Positions 1 through 12,362 of a stretch of DNA of 64,000 bases are shown in pieces. Source of the DNA: Chiloscyllium plagiosum (lineage: Eukaryota); contig NC_057718.1 in NCBI RefSeq assembly GCF_004010195.1, positions 27,011,631-27,075,630 of the forward strand, in the 5' to 3' direction. Below the pieces are notes generated by a model. It had not been told where the DNA came from. It did not search any database and saw only the letters and a list, made by a program, of their open reading frames with translations. The translations under genes and the position numbers were made by a program. Positions within the stretch are counted from its first letter, which is position 1; every line of letters starts with the position of its first letter.

Positions 1-270
1 CTTAAATAGCTCAGCCTCAAGTTCTAATATTCTCCAAAATTTTAACAAGCCATCAAAATTAAAATGCACTCTTTTTGTGAACACTTTGCACTAAAAAAGC
101 AGCAAAGATGTTTCAATGCAATACTTTCATCTGGCTAAAGCATGACCAGTAACACAATTGTTTTTTGGAACAGGCGTTGTAGAATTTCAAAAAAAAGTCA
201 GGGGCTCAAAGCCCTCAATAAATTCGTTTTAAGGTTACATGTTTGATAATTTTAAAAAGGACCTAATGTT

Positions 271-606
271 TAGATTAGATTAGATTACATTACATTAGAT
301 TACATTACAGTGTGGAAACAGGCCCTTCGGCCCAACAAGTCCACACCGACCCGCCGAAGCGAAACCCACCCATACCCCTACATTTACCCCTTACCTAACA
401 CTACGGGCAATTTAGCATGGCCAATTCACCTGACCCTGCACATCTTTTTGGACTGTGGGAGGAAACCGGAGCACCCGGAGGAAACCCACGCAGACACGGG
501 GAGAACGTGCAAACTCCACACAGTCAGTCGCCTGAGGCGGGAATTGAACCCGGGTCTCAAGCGCTGTGAGGCAGCAGTGCTAACCACTGTGCCACCGTGC
601 CGCCCA
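271..606 (-). mobile_element. tRNA-derived V-SINE (HE1-like), full length, young
   Basis: Minus strand has A box (GGTGGCACAGTGG), B box (GGTTCAATTCC), V-domain (tgtggagtttgcacgttctccccgtgtctgcgtgggtttcctccggg) and a CR1-like tail with (TCTAA/TGTAA)n. TSD TAATGTT at 264-270 and 607-613. Confidence 0.88.
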
Positions 607-1182
607 TAATGTTGTATTATGCTAATGTAAAAACAAAATCTGCCCTAATACACAGCCCACAAAACATTTGAATCCTAATTCAAATAAGTCACACAATTAC
701 TTAAAAGGATTGTGATTGCACGCACGTGCGCACACACCAATAAAACCAATTCCCTGTAATTACAAATATTCTGCCAATTCACTCCTTATTCCCTGAATAA
801 AGCAACAGAGCTTTTCATTGTGCCTCGGTACATGTGACAATGCTGTTTTATCTGGTCATCATTCTTCTTGGGTTTTGAAAATTACTGGAAGTCTTTAGCA
901 TGGCTTTCCTGTCGATTTTTCAACAGTTTCAGAGGCATTATAATCATCTTCAAATTTTGACCATACACAGTGAACGCAGACAACTAAAACTTAAACAAGC
1001 AAAGAGGTCTCACTTAATATTTCAGTAACAAATTCCCGTGGGGATTTCCCCTCTTAACAACCGGTCTAAGGCAGGGTGGTTGAGACAGGCAGGAGGTTTT
1101 TTTTAACCTTACGCACTGTGCTCCGGAGGCTCAAACCTTACTGTTTCAGGACTCTGACCTCCGAATTCCAGGGGGACTCGAA

Positions 1183-3172
1183 CCGGTAGATGTAGGGAAT
1201 GCTGGATGACTCGAGAAATTGAAGGTTTGGTTAAGAAAAAGAAAGAAGCGTATGTCAGGTATAGACAGGATAGATCGAATGAATCCTTACAAGAGTATAA
1301 AGTCAGTAGGAGTATACTTAAGAGGGAAATCAGGAGAGCAAAAAGGGGACATAAGATAGCTTTGGCAAATAGGGTTAAGGAGAATCCCAAGGGTTTTACA
1401 AAAACATTAAGGACAAAAGGATAACTAGGGAAAAAATAGGGCCCCACAAAGATCAGCAAGGAGGCTTTTGTGTGGAGTTGCAGGAGATGGGGGAGATACT
1501 AAATGAGTATTTTGTATCAGTGTTTACTGTGGAGAAGGACATCTAAGATATAGAATGTAGGGAAATAGATGGTGACATCTTGAAAAATGTCCATATTACG
1601 GGGGAAGAAGTGCTGGATGTCTTGAAATGCTTAAAGTGGATAAATCCCCAGGACCTGATCAGGGGTACCCTCGAACTCTATGGGAAGCTAGGGAAGTGAT
1701 TGCTGGGATATTTGTATCATCGATTGTCACAGGTTAGATGCCGGAGGAGTGGAGGCTGGCAAACATGGTGCCACTATTTAAGAAAGGTGGTAAGGCCAAG
1801 CCAGGGAACTATACTCCGGCGAACCAGTCATCGGTGGTAGGCAAGTTGTTGGAGGGAATCCTGAGGGACAGCATGGACATGTATATGGAAAGGCAAGGAC
1901 TGATTAGGGATACTCAACATGACGTTGTGCGTAGGAAATCATGTCTCATGAACTTGACTGAGTTTTTTGAGGTAGTAACAATGCGGATTGATGAGGGTAG
2001 AGCGGTGGATGTGATCTATATGGACTTCAATAAGGCGTTCAACAAGGTTCCCATGGGAGACTGGTTAGCAAGGTTAGGAATAAAGGGAGAACTAGCCATT
2101 TGGATACAGAACTGGCTCAAAGGTAGAAGACAGAGGGTGGTGGTGGAGGGTTGTTTTTCAGACTGGAGGCCTGTGACCAGTGGAGTGCCACAAGGCTCGG
2201 TGCTGGGTCCTGTACTTTTTGTCATTTACATAAATGATTTGGATGCGAGCATAAGAGGTATAGTTAGTAAGTTTGCAGATGACACCAAAATTGGAGGTGT
2301 AATGGATAGCGAAGAAGGCTACCTCCGATTACAATGGAATCTTGATCAGGTGGGCCAATGGGCTGAGGAGTGACAGATGGAGTTTAATTGAGATAAATGT
2401 GAGGTGCTGCATTTTGGGAGAGCAAATCTTAGCAGGACATACACTTAATGGTAAGGTCCTAGGAAGTGTTGCTGAACAAAGAGACCATGGAGTTCAGGTT
2501 CATAGCTCCTTGAAAGTGGAGTCGCAGGTAGATAGAATACTAAAGAAAGCGTTTGGTATACTTTCCTTTATTGGTCAGAGTATTGAGTACAGGAGTTGGG
2601 AGATCATGTTTCGGCTGTACAGGACGTTGGTTCGGCCACATTTGGAATATTGCGTGCGCTTCTGGTCTCCTTCCTATTGGAAAGATGTTGTGAAACTTGA
2701 AAGGGTTCAGAAAAGATTTACAAGGATGTTGCCAGGGTTGGAGGATTTGAGCTACAGGGAGGGGCTGAACAGGCTGGGGTTGTTTTCCCTGGAGGGTCAG
2801 AGGCTGTGACTTTATAGAGGTTTACAAAATTATGAGGGGCATAGATAGGATAAATAGACAAAGTGGGGAATCCAGAACTAGAGGGCATAGGTTTAGGGTG
2901 AGGGGGAAGATATAAAAGAGACCGAAGGGGCAACTTTTTCATGCAGAGGGTAGTACGTGTATGTAATGAGCTGCCAGAGGAGGTGGTGGAGGCTAGTACA
3001 ATTGCAATATTTAAAAGGCATTTGGATGGGTATATGAACGGGAAGGGTTTGGCGGGGTATGGGCCGGGTGCTATAAGTGGGACTAAATTGGTTTGGAATA
3101 TCTGGTCTGCATGGACGAGTTGGACTGAAGGGTCTGTTCCCGTGCTGTACATCTCTCTGACTCTTTTACTCT
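1183..3172 (+). mobile_element. CR1 LINE, 5'-truncated ORF2 (RT) through 3' end, disrupted
   Basis: Broken ORFs include PEEWRLANMVPLFKKG, GVPQGSVLGP, KFADDTK and LVRPHLEYC. 3' tail ends in gactct-like repeats. Confidence 0.93.
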
Positions 3173-3589
3173 ATATGGCTGAAAACATTGAATGTGTGAA
3201 AGGCTACGGGTCTTGGCAAAAGTTTAGCAGTAGTTTTGACTAATTGTGCTTGTCATAGTCAAGCTGTTCCAGTCCAACTTCAGTGTGGGAATCTCCCTTG
3301 CAATGTGAAATATTGCCTGTAATACATTTCAATATAATTGCAAGACAAGTTTTAGTTTTCATATTGAAGTGATTTGTTGTTTGCAGTGTGTGATATCCAG
3401 CTTTAGCATTTGCTGCACTAATTATTAATTTGTAATTATTTCCTACTTTAGTAAACAGTGAGTATAACATAGGAGGAACTGTCGTCTACAAATATCACTT
3501 TTACTCAATATTATTGATAAATTCGTACTTTTTGTGGTGTTGGACATATTTGCTGCAGCTTGGAATATCTTCGTGTATGTGAAGAAATG

Positions 3590-4890
3590 ACTGAAGGCCC
3601 TACAAAAGACTTGCAGTCCTGAACCCCGATCCAAGCTGTTCTAGTTAGCAACAATGTGGGTACCTACCCAACAGTGTGGAAAAGTGATCGGGTATGTATT
3701 TTCAGAAAGAGGACAAATCCAGTCGAATCGATTATTGCCCATTGGTTGATTTTCATACTTAGTGTTGGAAAGTGCTGTTAAAAGTGTTAGTAAACCGTAC
3801 TTGCACTACACTACACTGCTTATTGTTACTGTGTTTGGGTTCACCTAGGATCACCTTGTTCCCAACATTTTGTTGACCTCGATCCAATATGAACCACCGA
3901 GCTGAATTCTGGAGGTGAGATGAGATTGAGGTAGCATTGAACTGAATGCAGCATTAAGGAGCCCTGGCAAAATTGAAATCAGTCTGAAGTGGGGGACTCG
4001 CCACTGGTTAGAAATATGCCAAGAAGGAAAGGCTATTGGAGGGCAAATATCTCAGCCCAGGATATTTTTACTGAGGTTCCTCAGTATAGCATCGAAGTCC
4101 AGACGTCTTCACCTGGTTCATTTATGACCTTTCCTTCTCCATAGGGTAAGAATGAAAGGTTATCAGTGATGATTGCTCAGTGTTCGTTGCCATTCTCAGA
4201 TATTGAAACACTCCATGTTTGCTGGCCTAAAGGCCTGCAAAACAGTCAGGATTGGTCGAAAAAGTGATGAATTACATGTGCGCCATATAAATACTAGGCA
4301 ATGATAATCTCCAACAAAAAAGAATCAACCATTGCTGCATCCCACATCAACATCATTTGGGTTGCAAAGACCTGAATTGTAACCAGATCAGCCATACAGA
4401 TATTATGCCCACAAGACCAAGCCAGAAGCTGAGAATTTTGTGGTAAATAAGGAATGTGATGATGTACCTGTTTGATGTTTGTCTGAATGAGCATAGGTCC
4501 AACAACACACTCAGACCTTTAGAAAAGATCCAGCATAAATCAACCTGCAGGATGAGCATACTGTATGCCGTCTTAACTACTCACTCTCTCCCGACCAGTG
4601 AGGCATACTGATAATGGGTAATATCTATAAATTGCACTGCAGAACCTTTCAAATGTTGTTTTGTCAGCACCTTTCATCCCAACAACCTCTACCAAATATA
4701 AAGATAAGAGTAAAGGCACTACATGCAAGTTCTTCTCCGTGCTGCTCACCATTTTGATTTGTTTCTATCACAGCTCCTTCACTGTGGATGGATCAAAATT
4801 CTGGAGCTTGCTTCCTAACAGGACTGTACTTAGACAACGAGAACTGTAAATTCAGGGAGGTAGTTCACCACTATCTTCTCAAGGACCCGT
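3590..4890 (+). mobile_element. Old CR1/L2-group LINE RT fragment, heavily decayed
   Basis: Degenerate traces of KTCAPEL..PLAKLF, DKSNP.NYRPI and VPQGS. The 3' end caccactatcttctcaagg resembles tails seen with the SINE at 28.6 kb and at 25905. Confidence 0.6.
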
Positions 4891-6599
4891 TAAAGCTAGC
4901 ATTTTTGTGAGCCCCTACAAGTATTCTTCATATCTAATGAACAATTTTTGAAAGAAATGTTTGTTTGTCTTGGTTTCTCAGCAACTGAATTCTTGGGAGA
5001 GGGTGTGGTTGGGAGAAATAGAAATACCAAAGTGATGCTATCACCTGAATTACTTTGCATAGACATGGGCAATACATCTGGTCTCAATCTAGACAGTAAA
5101 TTTGCATTGTTCACAGTTTTAAGATTTAATAGGAAATTCCCACTGTGCAATTTAGGTTGTTTCATTTAAATTATTGGTGAGTTCAAATATTTTGTTCAAA
5201 ATCAGTTCTGTGCCAAGCAGGGCTACACTGTAGGCTGTTAAAGCATTTGGGCTGAATCTTAGTAGAAATCAGCTTGATGTAATTTATGGCAAGTTTTATA
5301 GCCTTATCTTAAGATGATCGTTCTATAGTTGTCTCATTTACTCTGCAAAATGCACCGTTACACTCCACTTCAAACTTTTTCACTTGCTATACTGGATGTA
5401 CCCAACATTGCATCGAGTCTGCACTGACCAATCTATACTCATCCCACTTTCCAGCACTGAGCCCTTAGCCTTGAATGTAATGACATTGCAAGTGAACATT
5501 CACATAATTTGTAAAAGTTATGATTTTTCCTCCCTCAAATACCTTTCAAACCTGCAGCCAGTCACCTTAAAATTATGTCATCTTAATTGACCACACATGC
5601 TTTCTTGTAATTGTCCCTTCAACTAAAGGGAACAGATGCTGTCTACCTACCTCGTCCACGTTCCTCAAAATATTATACACTTCACTAAGGATTCTTGTGC
5701 AGTACTGGCAATCCTGTCGCTCAGTGAGGAGACTGGGTTCAAGTCCCACCTACTCTAGAAGTTGCAGTAACATCTCTTAAACACCTCAGTCAAGTTCCCC
5801 TCAAGCTTGTCTGTTCTAAAGAAAATAACCCAAGTCTATCCAGCCTGTCTTCATTTATAAAATTCCCCAAGCCAGGCAACAGTCTGATATATCTCCTCTG
5901 CATCCCATCCAGTGCAATCACATATTTCCTTTAGTGTGACACCTAGAACTGCACACATTATACCAGCTGTGGTATAACCAAAGTCTTGTCCAGCTGCAAC
6001 ATTACTGCAGGGACATTCCAGGATGTCCCTGGATCTCTGGTACCAGCACCACCTTTGAAGTTGGGAAGCCCAGCAATGCAACTCGTCAGTTATTGGCATC
6101 TGGAGTGGCCATGAACATAGTGGGACAGCAATTACAAACCACTGGTATTCAAGGCGCCTAAGTAGCACAGCTGATATGTTTTGCATGTGAGATTGCACAT
6201 TCATATTTGCTTTTTAAGCACCAAGCCCCATAGCTTACTCTTCCTTAGTCACATCTCATGTTACAGCTGTGCCCATTGTAGCCTAGTGTTGTATCATTGT
6301 TTAATGCAGGACTGCATGTAAAGGAAGTGTACAAACATTTCAAAGCATTGTTTTCTTAAATAGCAAAAGCGAACCAAAATAAAAACACAAGGTGCATTTG
6401 CTCCCGAGCACAAATGGATGACTTGCCTTCTGAGCGTCAACAAATGTAATAAATTATTGATTTCCCAGCTCATGTTTATTGGAAATCAGGTTCAATTAAG
6501 AAGTGTCTGGCCTTGTGGTACCCAATGCTGCTATATTATCTCGCACAAAAGTTGATTATTTTTCTTGCTCCATGCCCCTCTCTTCCTCAGAAGACTGTT

Positions 6600-7440
6600 T
6601 CCGCTCTGCCAGCTCCCCTCCTTGCCTGCTCCAATTGAGGGCACAGCGTGCAGCACACAGTATCAGAAGTGTTTCGTTGTAACCACCGAGTCTGACCCAA
6701 GCTGCTGAACCTCCTTTTCAGCATCAGCTACCATCTGCTCCATGCTGCCTTGATCGATAGGTAGGCTGTATTGTACCTACGATGTGCTTCAGTCTGGGGG
6801 TTACGTAATGGCCATCAGCTCCCTCAGTTAGGCCTTTGAAATGCATCTGGAACATAAGCCTTTTCAAATGGTATAGACATCATGGCAACTGCTAAAGTAC
6901 ATGGAGTAAAGTTCTAAAATCAGGTGCTGATGATCGCAATGACTTGTACATTGGTGGGTTAGAACTCGGACTGTCAATGAACTTTGTTAGATTATTATGT
7001 AGCGCACTAAATGTCACGTGCATACAATCTATTGTGCCTTGCACCTGTTTGAAGCTGCCTGTGTTGCCATTGCCAACTGTCTGGACTGCAGCACTCATCT
7101 CACCATGTAGAAACTAGGTGAAGAGCTGTGATATTGCACAAATTACTTTGGAAACAGCCTTCATCCATTTGTGGGCTGACAATTGACAGATCCTGTACAA
7201 GTTCACTGTGGCTGCTTGGAAATAGCCAGTTGCATTCAAGTTCAATGTAGCTATCACCTTGACATCTACTGGTATAGGATGGCTATCCACTCCTTTATGT
7301 TGCAGGTTATAATCCAGCAGGCTTTATTCTGTGACAGTGATCTGGGACATATTCAGCCTGCAACAAAAAAACTGAGCTTTGTCCAGCTGGGGGCAATGGC
7401 ATCAAGGACAAAAGACTTTGGTGCTCTGTACTCCCTGTGT
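6600..7440 (-). mobile_element. Fossil PIF/Harbinger (HARBI1-like) DDE transposase
   Basis: Minus-strand frames give SHPIPVDVKVIATLNLNATGYFQ, QVQGTIDCMHV (first catalytic D motif), NVQV and PLRNPQTEAHRRYN...LKRRF, collinear with Harbinger transposase motifs. Stops and frameshifts present. Confidence 0.75.
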
Positions 7441-7532
7441 ATCTTGCTGTACTATTCCATGTCCTTCATTCCCCCTCTTCTGGCTCTGTACATAGATTCC
7501 CTCTTTTTTTTTCCCTTGAGTGGGCCAACCCC

Positions 7533-7662
7533 AATTCCTGATGAATGGCTCCGGCCCTAAACGTCAATTTTCCTGTTCCTCGGATGTTGCCTGACCTGCT
7601 GTGCATTTTCAGCAACACACTCCCAACTCTGATCTCCAGCATCTGCAGATCTCACTGTCTCC
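7533..7662 (+). mobile_element. PLE pLTR fragment (family A) with degenerate hammerhead
   Basis: attcCTGATGAatggctccggcccTAAACGTC followed by the shared tail ctgacctgctgtgc...ccagcatctgcagatctcact. Confidence 0.75.
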
Positions 7663-7664
7663 AA

Positions 7665-9130
7665 CCCTTTCCCTGGTTACCCTCTTGCATTTTATATATG
7701 TATAAAAAGCTTTGGGATTCTCCTTAATTCTGTTTGCTAATGACTGGTAGAGGGATTGAGTTTCAGAACCAAGAGATCATGCTGCAGCTGTACAAAACTC
7801 TGATGCAGCCACATTTGGAGTATTGCGTATAGTTCTGGTTGCCGCATTATATGAAGGATGTGAAAGCTTCAGAGGAGATTTACTAGGATGTTGCCTGAGA
7901 TGGAGGGAACATCTTATGAGGAAAAGCTGAAGGTCTTGAGGCTGTTTTCGTTAGAAGAAGGTTGAGAGGCGATTTAATTGAGACATATCAGATAGGTTGG
8001 GCAGTGAGTGCCTTTTTCCTAGGATGGTGATGGCTAGCATGAGTGAACGTAGCTTTAAATTGAGGAGTGGTAGGTATAGGACAGATGTCGGAGAGTAGTA
8101 TGGACGTGGAATGCACTGCCTGCCACAGTAGACTCGCCAACTTTAAGGGCAATTAAATGGTCATTGGATAGACATATAGATATGAATGGAATAGTGTACG
8201 TTAGATGGGCTTCAGATTGGTTCTACAGGTCGGCGCAACACTGAGGGCCGAAGGGCCTGTACTGTGCTGTAATGTTCTATGTTTCTTTAACTTTTCATCC
8301 TTTTTAGCCATTCTAATTCCTTTTTTCAGTTCTTATATACATTAAGGGATTGATCAGTTCCCATGCTCCTCCACCTTATGTATGCTTCCTTTTTCTTTCT
8401 GACCAAGGTCATGACATTTGTGGTCATCCAAGGTTCATGTAACTTGTCATGCATATCCTCCATTCTCACAGGAACGTGTTGCTCCTGAAATCTTAACAAC
8501 TGCCATTTGAAATACATGTCCGATGTAGGTTAACTTTCCAACAGCTGCCTCCAATCAAAATTCTCCAGTTCCTGGCTAATATTGTTATAGTTCACCTTCT
8601 CCCCCCCCCCCCCCCCCCCCTTTTTTTTTAACACCTTGACCCGAGGAATGCTGTTATCCCTATCTGAGTATCATAAAACTCACGGTATTGTGGTCACTAC
8701 ACTCGAAATGCTCCCCCACTGAAACTTCACTCACCTGGTTGGGCTAACAACCCAAAACCAGGTCCAGTGTAACTCATTCCCTGGTTGGATTGTTTACATA
8801 TTGTTTCAAGAATCCCTCCTGAATGGTCCTTCCAAATTCTGCTCCATCCAAACCCTTAGCACGTAGTGAGTCCCAATCAATACAGGGAAACTTAAAATTC
8901 CTCACCACAACAACCCTGCTGTTTTCATATCTTTCCAAAATCTGTCTGCGTATTCTCTCCGCTATCTTAGGCTGGCTGTTGGGAGGCCTGTGGTGTACCC
9001 CAGCGTGTGATTCCATCTTTCCTGTTTGTAAGTTCTGATCATATTGCTTAACTGTCCAAATCCTCTGATGCATCCTCCCTCAGTACAGCTGTGAGATACA
9101 CTTTTATCAGTAATGTAACTTCCTCCACCC
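7665..9130 (-). mobile_element. Older CR1 (APE endonuclease and downstream region), interrupted by another CR1
   Basis: Minus ORFs RVVVVRNFKFPCIDWD...FLKQYVNNPTRE and EPWMTTNV...RKKKEAY. Sequence resumes either side of 7746-8288. Confidence 0.75.
7746..8288 (+). mobile_element. CR1 3' fragment nested in the older CR1
   Basis: LQLYKTLMQPHLEYCV-like frame. Ends gggccgaagggcctgtactgtgctgtaatgttctatg. Confidence 0.85.
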
Positions 9131-11553
9131 GAGTACCCTGGTTGAATCTGAGATGCATCCCTGTTGTGTAATGTGTCCTGACAACAGCATTGGAAGGAAA
9201 AGTGCAAGTGATCTCTAAAGCGCAGCATGGAATTGCAGAACCAAATTGTAAATTTGGCATGGATGTGCCAATGTAGGACACTCCTGTGTCTTGACAAAAA
9301 TTGTTAGAATCACCATTAATTTGCTTAAAATAGTGTCACTTGCATCAAAAATACCTGAATTTTGCTGAAATTCGAGTGCAGAATCATACAATATCTATTT
9401 TACTCCGAACCGTTCAACTCAGTTTAGAAATGCTTAGAACTTCTGTTTCCCAATATAATTTATCTAATTTTGCCTCCATGAGTAAGACTGACAAAAGCTG
9501 GGGGTTTTTTTCTGTTCGTGAAATCCTTAAATAGTTCAAATAATTTAAATTCCCCGATGTATGATGGAACCTTTAAAATTTCAGATTCAGTACTATCATG
9601 ACCCAAGATGCAATGACGAACACAAATCTTATTGGGACATGAGAGTAAAGTGTTTGTTCTTATAGTTCTTGGCTACTTCACCTCCATTTCACTGTATTTT
9701 GTGCCCTTGTTTGGAGGAAGTGTTTCGACTGACGGTGATTTGTTTACTTTTCTGGATCTACGTGTACACTGTTTTGGGAATGAGGAAGCAGAATGTATGA
9801 TGGTTGCGAAGTGCTTTATTTGTACAGTATTAGGGCACATAGAATTCCCTACAAAGTGCTTTTGGATTTGGTAGAGTTTCAAGAATTTTATCCAAGTTGT
9901 CATAATGTCTCAGACCTTCATATCTTGTCTCTTGCTGATCATATTTAGATACTTTATTGGTATTTTGAACTGAAGCAGAATAAATAATTGTTTTCTTGTA
10001 TCTACTCAATCCTTACACTTTTGTATTGTTTTCCAGTAAAGTAGTTAATTTAGAGGTTTAACGTGTACAAAATAATAGCTTCATGACAATCAATATTCAG
10101 ATAGATGAACAATGGCAGAATTTTGGGAAATTGGGCTTACATACATATGGAAATGTTTGTGTTGGTAATACAACAACTTTTTTTTTATAAAGTTTTTAAG
10201 AACCTGCTGGAGTTTTGATATTCATTTCCTACCCTACTTGGGAAAGGCAGAAATAGTTAAAGGTTTGCATTGCGTCACAACCTAATAGCAGGAAGTTTAG
10301 CTTCAATTTGAGATGCAAGCTTTCCTGTGGGTGATGAATACAGTGACCCTGCAATTGTTCGTGAAAAACGATAATTCTTATCATGACTCCACCTACAAAG
10401 CATCACTTCCTGTTTTCTTGCCCAACTTTGTGTTAGACCACATAGACAGTAAACTTAAGAGGTCAGGCCTTGCAGAAGGTAACCAAATAATTGCTGACTA
10501 ATTTAACACTGTTATAATGTTGCTGTTTTAAGTTTTTTTTTAATTAATTGGTGTATGCTTGCGTACACAATGGAATTAATTTCATCTCTTAAAGCCAAAT
10601 GTGCATGCGTTGTAAATCATCATACGTGTGTTGTCAATGCAGAAGATAATTACTGCAAATACAGTGCATTGCAATTCTCGGGGAGAATGCTGCCGATGTC
10701 CTATTGCTTCAACGAAAATATTTGATTGAGCATACAAGCATAAAAATACAAGGTTTTCTCAGTAAAGTACTGCAGTGTTTCTGAGATGTATTTGTATCAT
10801 TGGCGCTGATAAGTATTAAGTGCCTAAGAGCGAGAAGTTCATGTCATGAATGAGAAATGAAGTGAAATAAAAAAGGCAATCCCAGAGAATGAAAGTGATT
10901 CTCGACTTCGGGATGAAATATTTCTATTTACCAAGTTGACATGCAGTTTTGTGTTTCAGTAAACTTTTAGTTGGCTGTAAGTTTCTATTTTGATAACTGC
11001 TTCAAACCAGATAATGTTTCTCAATCTGAAATTGGAGATACAAATTTGGATTTGTTGAAATTAGTTGATGAAAAATGAACAATTACTTCATTAGATAATA
11101 TATAAAGTGTATTTCAAAATATTCTTCAGTGATAAATTTAAAGTAATTTTGACTACATTATGAACATTTTAAGCAATTTATAATGTGCGATGAGACCATC
11201 CACCAAAACCATTGGAACAGACACAAAAATATTTTTAAATCTTTGGAGCATCAGGCCAAGGCTGATGGAGCATTTGTTTGAAGTTTGGAAAGAATATGCA
11301 CGGCAAATCAAAGAGAGTTTTAGCAGCACCACAGTTGGGAATTCTGAAATTTAGGTATTGCATTCAGAACAGCTGCCATTCCTAGATAGATGTGCCTAGA
11401 TGTAAGTATTTCATCATCCACATTCGACAAAGCTTCATAGGCATATCTCTTTATTAGGGAAACTAAATGTAGGTCTTGGAGCAGTCTTAGTTCATTGTGA
11501 AGAGAATGGTGGCAAACTTGAAGAAGACATAGACTGACTGTGAAATAGGAAGG

Positions 11554-11687
11554 AAGTGCAGACTGCAGATGCTGGAGGTCAGAGTCGAGACTGGTGCTAG
11601 AAAAGCACAACAGGTCAGGTAGCAGCTGAGAAGCAAGAGAGCTCTGCTGCCTGACCTGCTGTGCTTTTCCAGCACCACACACTCGAT
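11554..11687. mobile_element. Short PLE-derived fold-back element (family A)
   Basis: Inverted arms gtgctagaaaagcacaacaggtcagg and cctgacctgctgtgcttttccagcac. 15-bp TSD TGTGAAATAGGAAGG at 11539-11553 and 11688-11702. Confidence 0.85.
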
Positions 11688-12362
11688 TGTGAAATAGGAA
11701 GGTACATCACAAATGGAATTTAATTATGTCCACAGTCATTTGAACAAATACTCTGAGAGGAAGGGTGAGGTAATTTCTACTTCATTTACTTGATAGCAGA
11801 GAGATCTAGTATAGACACAGATCGTAGAAGTGGCATATTGAATTAATAAAGCTGTGTTTTTTTTCAAGTGATAAAGCACAAGTGGCTTGTTAAGCATTAT
11901 AAATAGTGACATAGAATATATAAAGTCAGTTAACTGGATTTACGTTATTTAATGGTTAGTCCTCAGCCAGCATGCTGCATACAATTCTGGGGGTCAAATT
12001 TTAGGCAGAATGCCAAAGCCTTAAAAAAGGAGAGAAGTTATGCTTGAATGGTACAGAGGGTGAAGGACAATCATCCACCTAAAATATTAACTGTTTTGTG
12101 CTCTACGTTTGCTGCCTGACCTGCTCAGTGGTTCCAGTGGAGCACCATTGATCCCTCAATTCTACATCACTATTCAGTAAGTTCATGGATGATCTTCAAT
12201 TCCACCTTCCCACACTAACCACTTAGCTCTTAATTCCTTTGGTAACCAAAAATAATTCCGAATAGGCTCAATAATTGGAATATGGGCCAAGAACTGACAG
12301 GTGGGACGAGTTTAGTTTGGGATTATGTTAGGCCTGGACTGGTTTGACCTAATGGTCGTCCT

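Noticed and set aside
271..606. tRNA gene
   Set aside because: The A/B boxes belong to a SINE head followed by a V domain and a LINE tail.
1172..1186. Minus-strand GGTTCGAGTCC (tRNA B-box-like; also resembles the human TP53BP2 exon 1 sequence CGGTTCGGGTCC)
   Set aside because: It straddles the CR1 junction, has no A box or cloverleaf, is on the wrong strand for this gene and has no ATG, so it is likely coincidence.
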